DNA from: Thermoanaerobaculia bacterium
GTDB taxonomy: Bacteria; Acidobacteriota; Thermoanaerobaculia; Multivoradales; Multivoraceae
Assembly: GCA_963666565.1 (NCBI GenBank)
Contig: OY762911.1
Coordinates: forward strand, 3,456,001-3,520,000
DNA: 64,000 bases
Direction of reading: 5' to 3'
In this document: in pieces, positions 12,092-20,884 of the stretch
Layout: each line of letters opens with the position of its first letter
Numbering within the stretch: position 1 is the first letter of the stretch
Made by a program: the position numbers and the translations under genes
The notes under the pieces: model-generated
The model's database searches: none
What the model saw: the letters and a program-made list of their open reading frames with translations, nothing else
Told to the model about the DNA's origin: nothing

Positions 12092-14575
12092 GTGACCGAA
12101 GGGCGCGGCCCGCGGCCGCCGGACGAGACGCGGCGGGAAACGCCGTCGGCGACCGACGGGACCCGCCGGGAGACGCCGGCGCCGCCGGACGGGACGCGGC
12201 GCGAGGCGCCCTCGCCATCCGACGCGACCCGGCTGGAGTCGCCCGGTCCAGCGGATGCGACGCGCGCCGAAGAGGCGCCTCCAGGCCACGCCGGCGCCGG
12301 CTCTCCCACCGCAACTGGCTTTCCCCAGGACCTCGCGGCGCGCTTCCGGCCGGTCCGCGAGTTGGACCACGGCAACCAGGCCGACGTCTGGCTGGTGGAG
12401 GAAGAGGCGGGCGTTCCACTCGTCGCGAAAGTGTACCGGCCCGGGTTCGAGGGACGGCCGGACATCCTGGAGATCCTTCACGGCCTGGAACCGAACCGGG
12501 ACATCGTGCCGGTCGTCTCCTACGGCCGCGCCGGCGGCCGGCTGTACGTCCTGCTCGAGTACGTGCCGGGCGGCAACCTGAAGAGCCTGATGACGCCGGG
12601 CGAGCCGTCTTCGCCCGACCTCGTCCGCGAAGTGCTCGCGCAACTGGTCGCCGCTCTCGAACGCCTCCACGGAGTGGGCATCGAGCACCATGACCTGAAA
12701 CCCGGCAACGTCCTGGTCCGGAACCAGCAACCCCTGGACCTCGTGCTGGCCGACTTCGGCGTGGCGACCCAGGCGTCGAGAACGGTCCGGGCCACGAGGC
12801 TCAGCGGCATGACCTGGACCTACGCGCCCCCCGAGGCGTTCGCCAGGAATCCCGACGAACTGCTCCTCTGGCAGCACAAGTTCGACGCCTGGTCGCTGGG
12901 CGTCATGGTCGTGGAGTTGCTGACGGGCCGCAACCCGCTGCCGGAGACCGAGATGGCGATCGCGACGTTCTTCGCAACCGGCAACATGGACGACCTGGTC
13001 GAGGGCGTGGACGATCCGGCGTGGAGGAAGCTCTGCCGCGGTCTGCTGCGCCGGAATCCGGAAGTGCGCTGGGGCACGGCGGAGGCGCGGCGGTGGCTCG
13101 AGGCGCCGGATGCGCCCGAGCTCCAGGTGGAGGCCGAGACGGCGCCGGCGGCCGCGCCGTCGCGCGGTTTCCGCTTCGTGGGCCGGGACTACGCAACGCC
13201 AGCCGATCTGGGCGCGGCCATGGCCGGCGACTGGGCCATGGCCGAGGACCTCTGGAGGAACCAGACGCCGGCGCTGTTGCAGTGGCTCCGCCACGAACTC
13301 GGATCCACGGAGGCGGCGGCCCGCGTGGAGGAGATCGACGGCACGCCGGGCATGGGCCTGGACGAGCAGTTGTTCTGGGCAATCCGCGCGCTCGCCCCTC
13401 AGGCGCCGCCGTCTTACCGGGGCGAGCCGCTGGCGGCCGAGAACCTGGCCCGGATCGCGAGCCGGGCGGCCGCGACGCCGGACGGGGACGACGCCCGCCT
13501 GCTGACGGCGGTCAGCCGCATCCCGCGTCTCGGTAGCAGCATCCCGCAGGTCGGAGATGCGGGGAATCCGGCGTTGACCGCGCAGGCGGCGCGATGGTCC
13601 GGCACGGCGCCGGCCTGGGAAGAGCTGCGCCGGGCACACGGGGAACTGCCGGAGCTCCCGGAGACGGACCGGATTGCCCTGCTGGCCGCGGCGACCGAGG
13701 GCAGCGGCGTGACCGAGCAGTTGCGGGAGCGGACATCGCAGGTCCTCGCCAAGTGGCCGCGGGCCAGGAAGTCCGCCCGGTTCCGGCGCCTCGGCGACCC
13801 AAGGCGCGCCGAGAGTCCTCAGCTTCTCGCCATGGCCCTGCTCGCCGCGACGACCCACGAGCGGGTCAAGACGGAAACGAGGGAAAGGCTGAAGACGCGC
13901 CGCCTGGCCATCGCCGCGGGAGCGCTGTCCGGACTCGTCTTCCTCCTCATCCGCCTCCTCATCGAGCCGTCGATGGCCGCCGCCGCCGGCCGGTTCGAGT
14001 ACGTGACCGCCCCGGAAGGCGACGGCGCCGACGTCGCCTGGAGGTTCTTCTGGGGCGAGTTCATGTCGTCCAGCGAGCAGTTCGCCCCCGTGCCGGCGAT
14101 GGTGGTTGGCGCCGCGGTCGCGCTCTGGCTGTGGTGGCGGTTCAGGCCGTCAGGCTGGGTCGTCCTGCTGTGCGGTCCGCCGGCGTTCCTTCTCGGCGCC
14201 GCGTTGACGATCATCAGCCTGTACGAGTTGTTCGGAAGCGTCATGATTCTCAGCTACACGATTCCCGGTCCGCTTCTCGTGGACGCCAGTTTCATCGTCG
14301 GGGCTTGCCTGGGCGTCGGCTTCGGCCTTGGCGTGGGTCTCGAACGCCTGCGCCTGAAACTCTCGGCGCGGACCTTTGCGCTCGCGCCGCTCGCCGTCAC
14401 GCTCTGCATCGTTCTGGTGTGCGCGGCCATCGGCGCCGCGCGCTTCCCCGGTTGGCATGCCGGGCTGTTCGGGGACCCGCCTCCGCTCGGAGACGGCGTG
14501 TACCGGGTGGACGGCCAGCACTACCGGGTGCAGGACGGCGTGGGGGTCGAGATAGAGGCGCCCGTTTCGGAATAG
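12092..14575 (+). CDS. Ser/Thr protein kinase 1 (non-RD) with N-terminal Thr repeats and C-terminal multi-TM domain
   Basis: VAKVY, HHDLKPGN, DFG, YAPPE, DAWSLG. GTG start (VTEG) shared by all three paralogs. Several C-terminal hydrophobic helices. Confidence 0.9.
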   Translation: MTEGRGPRPPDETRRETPSATDGTRRETPAPPDGTRREAPSPSDATRLESPGPADATRAEEAPPGHAGAGSPTATGFPQDLAARFRPVRELDHGNQADVWLVEEEAGVPLVAKVYRPGFEGRPDILEILHGLEPNRDIVPVVSYGRAGGRLYVLLEYVPGGNLKSLMTPGEPSSPDLVREVLAQLVAALERLHGVGIEHHDLKPGNVLVRNQQPLDLVLADFGVATQASRTVRATRLSGMTWTYAPPEAFARNPDELLLWQHKFDAWSLGVMVVELLTGRNPLPETEMAIATFFATGNMDDLVEGVDDPAWRKLCRGLLRRNPEVRWGTAEARRWLEAPDAPELQVEAETAPAAAPSRGFRFVGRDYATPADLGAAMAGDWAMAEDLWRNQTPALLQWLRHELGSTEAAARVEEIDGTPGMGLDEQLFWAIRALAPQAPPSYRGEPLAAENLARIASRAAATPDGDDARLLTAVSRIPRLGSSIPQVGDAGNPALTAQAARWSGTAPAWEELRRAHGELPELPETDRIALLAAATEGSGVTEQLRERTSQVLAKWPRARKSARFRRLGDPRRAESPQLLAMALLAATTHERVKTETRERLKTRRLAIAAGALSGLVFLLIRLLIEPSMAAAAGRFEYVTAPEGDGADVAWRFFWGEFMSSSEQFAPVPAMVVGAAVALWLWWRFRPSGWVVLLCGPPAFLLGAALTIISLYELFGSVMILSYTIPGPLLVDASFIVGACLGVGFGLGVGLERLRLKLSARTFALAPLAVTLCIVLVCAAIGAARFPGWHAGLFGDPPPLGDGVYRVDGQHYRVQDGVGVEIEAPVSE
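12116..12275 (+). repeat. Five 33-bp (11-aa) repeats D-x-T-R-x-E at the kinase 1 N-terminus
   Basis: DETRRE, DGTRRE, DGTRRE, DATRLE, DATRAE at 11-aa spacing. Confidence 0.8.
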
Positions 14576-14593
14576 GGTCGCGGCCCGCGACGC

Positions 14594-15880
14594 TCACCGC
14601 CCGGCTTGCCGGACCTGGGGCTTGCGGCGCCGGGACCGCTTCGCGCGGGAGGCCGACGCGGCTTCCTTCCGGCCTCCCTCGCCCTCGTGGACCTTCAGCC
14701 GGCGAACGCCGACCGGTAAGCGCTTCCCCACGCGGATGTCGACGCCCCGGCCGGCCATGGCCTGGCGGACCTCCGCGAAGTCCCGGCACCACGCGCTCTC
14801 CAGTTCCCCGTCCCGCCGCGCACCCTTGCCGGCCTTCAGCCGCCCGGAAGCCGCGACGCGGACCGGCTCGACACCGATGGCATTGCCCGCGACATCGACG
14901 ACGACGCCGAGTTCCTCTTCGTCCGTCTTCTTCAGGAGCGTGCTCCCGCCCCCGGAGAAGATCGAGTCGAAACCCTCCTCGACGGCATAGCCCAGGCGCT
15001 CGAGTTCCTCGCGCATCACCATGGCGACGTACTGCTGCGCGTTCCGCTCCCGGGCGCCCCGGACGACCGCCTCGACGCGATCCGCGATGTCTCCGTCGAG
15101 CGTGGCCCGGCGCTGTTCGACGAGGTCGAGTTCGGCCGAGATCTTCGCGACGTCATCGCCGCCGAATCCGAGGAGCTTCTCCCGGAGATCTCCCACCGCC
15201 TCGGCCAGGCGCCGGTCCGCTTCGACCCTGGCCTCCTCGACCCGGTCGTTCGCTCGCTGCACCCCCAGCCGGAGTTCCAGCAGCATCGTTCTGGCTCGCT
15301 CCGGATGCTCTTCGGCGGCGATGCCCGCCGCCAGTTCTTCCAAGGCGCCCCGGTCCGCGGCGGGAACCTCGGCCGACAGGCGGCCGACCAGCCGCCGCGC
15401 GTCGCGCGCCGCCCCGTCCGCGGACGCGCCCACGGTCTCGGGCGAGCCGGACGGAGATTCCTCCGGCCCGGCCACGTCGTCCAGGCCGGACACCTCGGAT
15501 TCGGAGAGCCCGGCGGCCTCCGGGGCGCCTGGCGAGCCGGCCTCGAACCCGTCGAGAAGAAACGACCGGACCTCGCGTTGCCGGCGGCGTAGCCGGCGCC
15601 CCCTCAGGCGCCCTTCCAGAGTGACGTAGTGGGAGCGCAGGCGCCTCACATAGTCCACGGCCACATCCGGGGGACCCTCAACATCGGGTCGCGCGGGCGG
15701 CCGTTTCATCTCGTTCCGGTACTCCGGATACTCCGCCTCCAACCTGGCCTGCAACGTGCCCACGCGTTCCTCCATTCGGAGCGCTTCGTTCCAACATCGC
15801 TGGTAGGCTCGCTCGATTCCCAGCGGCCCTCCCCATCGATTCTCATCCAGGAGTGTCCACCACCCGTTCTCTTTGCTCAC
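14594..15880 (-). CDS. Coiled-coil hypothetical protein, copy 2 (paralog of 10485-11855)
   Basis: Highly similar C-terminal two-thirds (VMREELERLGYAVEEGFDSIFS, ESAWCRDF) with a divergent N-terminus. Confidence 0.8.
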   Translation of the reverse strand: MSKENGWWTLLDENRWGGPLGIERAYQRCWNEALRMEERVGTLQARLEAEYPEYRNEMKRPPARPDVEGPPDVAVDYVRRLRSHYVTLEGRLRGRRLRRRQREVRSFLLDGFEAGSPGAPEAAGLSESEVSGLDDVAGPEESPSGSPETVGASADGAARDARRLVGRLSAEVPAADRGALEELAAGIAAEEHPERARTMLLELRLGVQRANDRVEEARVEADRRLAEAVGDLREKLLGFGGDDVAKISAELDLVEQRRATLDGDIADRVEAVVRGARERNAQQYVAMVMREELERLGYAVEEGFDSIFSGGGSTLLKKTDEEELGVVVDVAGNAIGVEPVRVAASGRLKAGKGARRDGELESAWCRDFAEVRQAMAGRGVDIRVGKRLPVGVRRLKVHEGEGGRKEAASASRAKRSRRRKPQVRQAGR

Positions 15881-15943
15881 AGCATCTCCATGGCGGCTTC
15901 AGGTCGGACCGCGACGCAGGCCGGTCTCGTCGAATCGACACAC

Positions 15944-15949
15944 TATACT
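15944..15949 (+). promoter_or_regulatory. Putative -10 box TATACT upstream of kinase 2
   Basis: Positional counterpart of 11922-11927. Confidence 0.45.
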
Positions 15950-16120
15950 CACGACAATGCCCTCAATCGCCACTCCCTCCAGTGAAGACGAGTCAGACCA
16001 TGGCGCCGATCCATCGCGTCGCGGCCGGAGTTCGGTACGGACCTGTTGCCCGCTCGCCGGGCTCGGGAGAGCGGCTTCCCGCACGGCGCCGGGATTGCGG
16101 ATCGCGCGAAGGCCCATCGG

Positions 16121-18391
16121 GTGACTGAAGGCGGCGGCCCGCGACCCCCTGACGGGACCCGGCGAGAAACACCGGGGCCGCCGGACGAGACGCAGCGCGA
16201 AGCCCCCTCGCCATTCGACGCGGCCCTGCCCGAGTCCTCCGCCGCGGCGGATGCGACGCGCGCCGAAGAGGCCCACCCCGCCGCGTCGCCTTCCGCGACC
16301 GGCTTCCCCGAAGAGCTCGCGACGCGTTTCCGGCCCGTCCGCGAGCTCGACCACGGCAGCCAGGCCGACGTCTGGCTGGTGGAGGACGACGCCGGCACGC
16401 CGTTCGTCGCGAAGGTGTTCCGCCCCGGATTCGAGGGACGGCGGGACATCCTGGAGATCCTGCATGGCCTGGAACCGAACCGGGACATCGTGCCCGTGGT
16501 CTCCCACGGCCGCGCCGACGGCCGGCTGTACGTCGTGCTCGAGTACGTGCCGGGGGGCAACCTGAGGGGTCTGATGCAGCCGGGCGTTCCGGCCTCGACC
16601 GATCTGGTCCGCGAGGTGCTGACGCAGTTGGTCTCCGCGCTCGAGCGGCTCCACGGAAAGGGCATCGAGCATCAGGACCTGAAGCCCGGCAACGTCCTGG
16701 TGCGGAGCCGGCAGCCCCTGGATCTGGTGCTGGCCGACTTCGGCGTCGCCGCCCAGACGTCGGAGACCGTCCGGGCCACCAGGCTGGCCGGCATGACCTG
16801 GGCCTACGCGCCGCCCGAGGCGTTCTCGCTCCAGCGCGAAGAACTGATGCTCTGGCGGGGCAAGTACGACGCCTGGGCGCTGGGCGTCATCGTCGTGGAG
16901 CTGCTGACGGGCCGGCATCCGCTGCCGGGAAGCGAGGCGGCGATCGCGACGTTCTTCGTGACCCGCGGCACGGACGACCTGGTCGTGGGCGTGGACGATC
17001 CGGCATGGCGGAAGCTCTGCCGCGGCCTGCTGCGCCGGGATCCGGAAGCCCGCTGGGGCACGGCGGAAACTCGGCGATGGCTCGAGGCGCCGGACGCGCC
17101 CGAGCTCGATGTGAAGGAAGAGGCGGCGCCGGCGCGGGGCTTCCGCTTCGTCGGTCGGGACTACGCGACGCCCGCCGATCTGGGCTCGGCGATGGCCGGC
17201 GACTGGAACTCGGCCGAGGACGTCTGGAGGAACCGAACGCCCGAACTGGTGCAGTGGCTCCGCCACGAGCTCGGAACTCCCGACGTGGCGGCCCGCCTGG
17301 AGGAGATCGACCGCACGCCGGGTCTGGACTTGGACGCGCAGTTGTTCTGGGCGATCCGCGCGCTCGCCCCCCGGTCGCGGCCGTCGTTCCGGGGCGAGTC
17401 GCTGGCGACGGAAAACCTGGCGCTTGTCGCCAGCCGGGCCGCTGCCCGGCCGGACGGCGCCGACGCCGGGCTGCTGCTGGCGGTCAGCAATGTGCCTGGC
17501 CTCGGCGAGATCGGAGATCCGGCACTGACCGCGCAGACGGCGCGGTGGTCGGGCGTGGAGGCGGCCTGGGAAGAGCTGCGCGGACAACACGGGGAGCTGC
17601 CGGGTCTCTCGGAGACCGATCGGTCGACCCTGCTGGCGGCGGCGACCGAAGGCAGCGGCGTCACCGAGCAGTTACGGGAACGGACGTCGCGGGTCCTCGC
17701 GAAGCGGCCGCGGGCCGCGAAGTCCGACTGGTTCAAGCGCCTCGGCGCCGTGAGAAGCGCCGAAGCGCCGTGGCTTCGCGCCATGACCCTGCTCGCCGGC
17801 CAGGCGCACGAGGAGGTCGAGGCGGAACTCAGGTTGCGGCGGAAGACGCGGCGTCTGGCCATCGCCGCCGGAGCGGCGGCCGGAATCGCGATCAGCCTTC
17901 TCGTCCTGTTGATCGAGCCCTTCATAACCCACGACCCGATGCCCAGCCTGGTTGTCAGCGCAGCGATCGCGGCACTGGTGGTGATCGCGGCACTGGTCGG
18001 ATTCGGCACGAGATCGCGGCCGACCGGCGCTTCCGCCGAGGGCCTCTCGAACTTGGGGGCACGGTACGAGTTCCTCTTGGGCATCCCGGGCTGCTTTTCG
18101 GTGTTCGGGCTCATGTTCATCGGTCCGTTGATGTGGTCCTGGCTGTTCGGGAGAATCCCCGGTCCGTTCCTCGTGGACGCCGGTCTCGTCATCCTGCCGT
18201 GCACGGCCATCGGCTTCGGTGTTGGCGCGGCTCTCGAGCGCCTGAACCGGCAGCTCACGGTGCGTACCGCCGCCCTCGCAACGCTGGCGATCATGTTCGC
18301 GGTCGCGCTCGTGTCCTTAGTGATCCTGCTTTCGGAATTGGCCAGCGGAGAGTCCGCCGGAATTCGCGGCGGCTTGGAGGACGGCCCTTGA
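16121..18391 (+). CDS. Ser/Thr protein kinase 2 (non-RD) with variable C-terminal TM domain
   Basis: VAKVF, HQDLKPGN, DFG, YAPPE, DAWALG. Paralog of kinase 1. Confidence 0.9.
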   Translation: MTEGGGPRPPDGTRRETPGPPDETQREAPSPFDAALPESSAAADATRAEEAHPAASPSATGFPEELATRFRPVRELDHGSQADVWLVEDDAGTPFVAKVFRPGFEGRRDILEILHGLEPNRDIVPVVSHGRADGRLYVVLEYVPGGNLRGLMQPGVPASTDLVREVLTQLVSALERLHGKGIEHQDLKPGNVLVRSRQPLDLVLADFGVAAQTSETVRATRLAGMTWAYAPPEAFSLQREELMLWRGKYDAWALGVIVVELLTGRHPLPGSEAAIATFFVTRGTDDLVVGVDDPAWRKLCRGLLRRDPEARWGTAETRRWLEAPDAPELDVKEEAAPARGFRFVGRDYATPADLGSAMAGDWNSAEDVWRNRTPELVQWLRHELGTPDVAARLEEIDRTPGLDLDAQLFWAIRALAPRSRPSFRGESLATENLALVASRAAARPDGADAGLLLAVSNVPGLGEIGDPALTAQTARWSGVEAAWEELRGQHGELPGLSETDRSTLLAAATEGSGVTEQLRERTSRVLAKRPRAAKSDWFKRLGAVRSAEAPWLRAMTLLAGQAHEEVEAELRLRRKTRRLAIAAGAAAGIAISLLVLLIEPFITHDPMPSLVVSAAIAALVVIAALVGFGTRSRPTGASAEGLSNLGARYEFLLGIPGCFSVFGLMFIGPLMWSWLFGRIPGPFLVDAGLVILPCTAIGFGVGAALERLNRQLTVRTAALATLAIMFAVALVSLVILLSELASGESAGIRGGLEDGP

Positions 18392-18452
18392 CCAGCAAGG
18401 TACACATCCGGATCGCCGTCCCGGAGACAGCGGCCGGGGAAGGGCACTCCAG

Positions 18453-20789
18453 GTGACCGAAGGCGGCGGCCCGCGGCCCCCTGCCGGAACACGGCGCGAG
18501 CCGCCGGAGGCGCCGGACGAGACGCAGCGCGAAGCCCCCTCGCCATTCGACGCGACCCTGCCGGAATCCTCCGCCGCGGCGGATGCGACGCGCGCCGAAG
18601 AGGCACCTCTCGCCCACCCCGCCGCGCCGCCTTTCGCGACCGGCTTCCCCGAAGAGCTCGCGACGCGTTTCCGGCCCGTCCGCGAGCTCGACCACGGCAG
18701 CCAGGCCGACGTCTGGCTGGTGGAGGACGACGCCGGCACGCCGTTCGTCGCGAAGGTGTTCCGCCCCGGATTCGAGGGACGGCGGGACATCCTGGAGATC
18801 CTGCATGGCCTGGAACCGAACCGGGACATCGTGCCCGTGGTCTCCCACGGCCGCGCCGACGGCCGGCTGTACGTCGTGCTCGAGTACGTGCCGGGGGGCA
18901 ACCTGAGGGGTCTGATGCAGCCGGGCGTTCCGGCCTCGACCGATCTGGTCCGCGAGGTGCTGACGCAGTTGGTCTCCGCGCTCGAGCGGCTCCACGGAAA
19001 GGGCATCGAGCATCAGGACCTGAAGCCCGGCAACGTCCTGGTGCGGAGCCGGCAGCCCCTGGATCTGGTGCTGGCCGACTTCGGCGTCGCCACCCAGGCA
19101 TCGGAGACCGTCCGGGCCACCAGGCTGGCCGGCATGACCTGGGCCTACGCGCCGCCCGAGGCGTTCTCGCTCCAGCGCGAAGAACTGATGCTCTGGCGGG
19201 GCAAGTACGACGCCTGGGCGCTGGGCGTCATCGTCGTGGAGCTGCTGACGGGCCGGCATCCGCTGCCGGGAAGCGAGGCGGCGATCGCGACGTTCTTCGT
19301 GACCCGCGGCACGGACGACCTGGTCGTGGGCGTGGACGATCCGGCATGGCGGAAGCTCTGCCGCGGCCTGCTGCGCCGGGATCCGGAAGCCCGCTGGGGC
19401 ACGGCGGAGGCGCGGCGGTGGCTCGAGGCGCCGGACGCGCCCGATCTGGACGTGAAGGACGAAGCGGCGCCGGCGACGACGCCGTTGCGCGGCTTTCGCG
19501 TCAAGGATCGGGACTACGCGACGGCCGCCGACCTGGGCTCGGCGATGGCCGGCGACTGGGCCATGGCCGAGGACGTCTGGAGGTACAGGACGCCGGAACT
19601 GCTCCAGTGGCTCCGCCACGAACTCGGAACTCCGGACGTGGCGGCCCGCCTGGAGGAGATCGACCGCACGCCGGGTCTGGACTTGGACGCGCAGTTGTTC
19701 TGGGCGATCCGCGCGCTCGCCCCCCGGTCGCGGCCGTCGTTCCGGGGCGAGTCGCTGACGGCGGAGAATCTGGCGCGCGTCGCCAGCCGGGCGGCCGCGC
19801 GGCCGGACGGCGCCGACGCCGGGCTGCTGGTGATGCTCCACGACATTCCTCGTCTCGGAGGCCCCGGAGATCCGGCGCTGACCGCGCAGATGGCGCGATG
19901 GTCCGGCGCGGCGGCGGCCTGGGGAGCTCTTCGCGGAGAGCACGCCGAACTGCCCGAGCTTTCGTCGACCGAACAGAAGCTCCTGCTGGCCGCGGCGACC
20001 GAAGGCAGCGGCGTGACCGAGCAGTTGCGGGAACGGACGCGGGACGTTCTCGCGAAGTGGCCGCGGGCCCGGAAGTCCGACTGGTTCCGGCGCCTCGGCG
20101 CCGTGAGACGTGCCGAAGGGCCGCAGCTTCTCGCCATGGCCCTGCTCGCCGGTCAGGCGCACGACGAGGTCGAGGCGGACGTCCGGGCGAGCCGGAAAAC
20201 CCGGTGGCTCGGCATCGGCGCCGGAGCGACGTCCGGCCTCGCGTTCTCGCTCCTCTGCCTGTTCTTCAAAGGGCTGATGTTGGAGTACGACGATTGGGTG
20301 GCCCTCTGGGACGACAGCGCCTCCTTCCTGGGGCCGACCATCGCTGTGCTGGCGATGCTGGCTGGAGGAGCGACGGTCTTGATCTGGGTACTCGGCCGTT
20401 CTCTAGTGGCCTTAGATCTCGCGAACCCGTTCTATAACTGCCTCTTGATTCTGTGCGGCTCTCCGTTGTTGTTGCTCGCCGTGTTTTCTCTGACGTATTT
20501 CTTCCTGTATGGGCTGTTCGGAAGCGCCATGATCCTGAGCTACACGATTCCGGGCCCGTTCTTCCTGGCGCCGGGTTTCGCTCTCGTGATCTGCATGGCC
20601 ATCGGCATCGGTCTCGGCATGGCTCGCGATGTCCTGAACCTGAAGGAGACCGTCACCACCAGAGAGACGCTGAACCGGCTCATCCTCGACACGCTGGTCA
20701 TCACGCTCTGCGTCATCCTGATGTGCGCGGCCATCGGCGCCGCGCGCTTCCCGGGTTATCTTGGTGCTCTTTTCGGCGAGTGGGGCTAG
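18453..20789 (+). CDS. Ser/Thr protein kinase 3 (non-RD) with variable C-terminal TM domain
   Basis: Catalytic domain nearly nucleotide-identical to kinase 2. Distal part closer to kinase 1. Confidence 0.9.
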   Translation: MTEGGGPRPPAGTRREPPEAPDETQREAPSPFDATLPESSAAADATRAEEAPLAHPAAPPFATGFPEELATRFRPVRELDHGSQADVWLVEDDAGTPFVAKVFRPGFEGRRDILEILHGLEPNRDIVPVVSHGRADGRLYVVLEYVPGGNLRGLMQPGVPASTDLVREVLTQLVSALERLHGKGIEHQDLKPGNVLVRSRQPLDLVLADFGVATQASETVRATRLAGMTWAYAPPEAFSLQREELMLWRGKYDAWALGVIVVELLTGRHPLPGSEAAIATFFVTRGTDDLVVGVDDPAWRKLCRGLLRRDPEARWGTAEARRWLEAPDAPDLDVKDEAAPATTPLRGFRVKDRDYATAADLGSAMAGDWAMAEDVWRYRTPELLQWLRHELGTPDVAARLEEIDRTPGLDLDAQLFWAIRALAPRSRPSFRGESLTAENLARVASRAAARPDGADAGLLVMLHDIPRLGGPGDPALTAQMARWSGAAAAWGALRGEHAELPELSSTEQKLLLAAATEGSGVTEQLRERTRDVLAKWPRARKSDWFRRLGAVRRAEGPQLLAMALLAGQAHDEVEADVRASRKTRWLGIGAGATSGLAFSLLCLFFKGLMLEYDDWVALWDDSASFLGPTIAVLAMLAGGATVLIWVLGRSLVALDLANPFYNCLLILCGSPLLLLAVFSLTYFFLYGLFGSAMILSYTIPGPFFLAPGFALVICMAIGIGLGMARDVLNLKETVTTRETLNRLILDTLVITLCVILMCAAIGAARFPGYLGALFGEWG

Positions 20790-20873
20790 TAAACTGTGTG
20801 GCACATCGACGGCAAGCACTACGGGTTCCGGGGCGGCGACCCGGTCGAGTTGGAGGCGCCCGTTTCGGAGTAG
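20790..20873 (+). pseudogene. In-frame vestigial C-terminal tail of kinase 3 beyond TAG-TAA
   Basis: Reads *TVWHIDGKHYGFRGGDPVELEAPVSE*, homologous to the kinase 1 tail VYRVDGQHYRVQDGVGVEIEAPVSE*. Confidence 0.8.
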
Positions 20874-20884
20874 AGTCGCGCCCC

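Noticed and set aside
16121-20789. Diversity-generating retroelement behind kinase variation
   Set aside because: No reverse transcriptase in the window and no TR/VR pair with adenine-specific mismatches seen; the pattern fits duplication and recombination.
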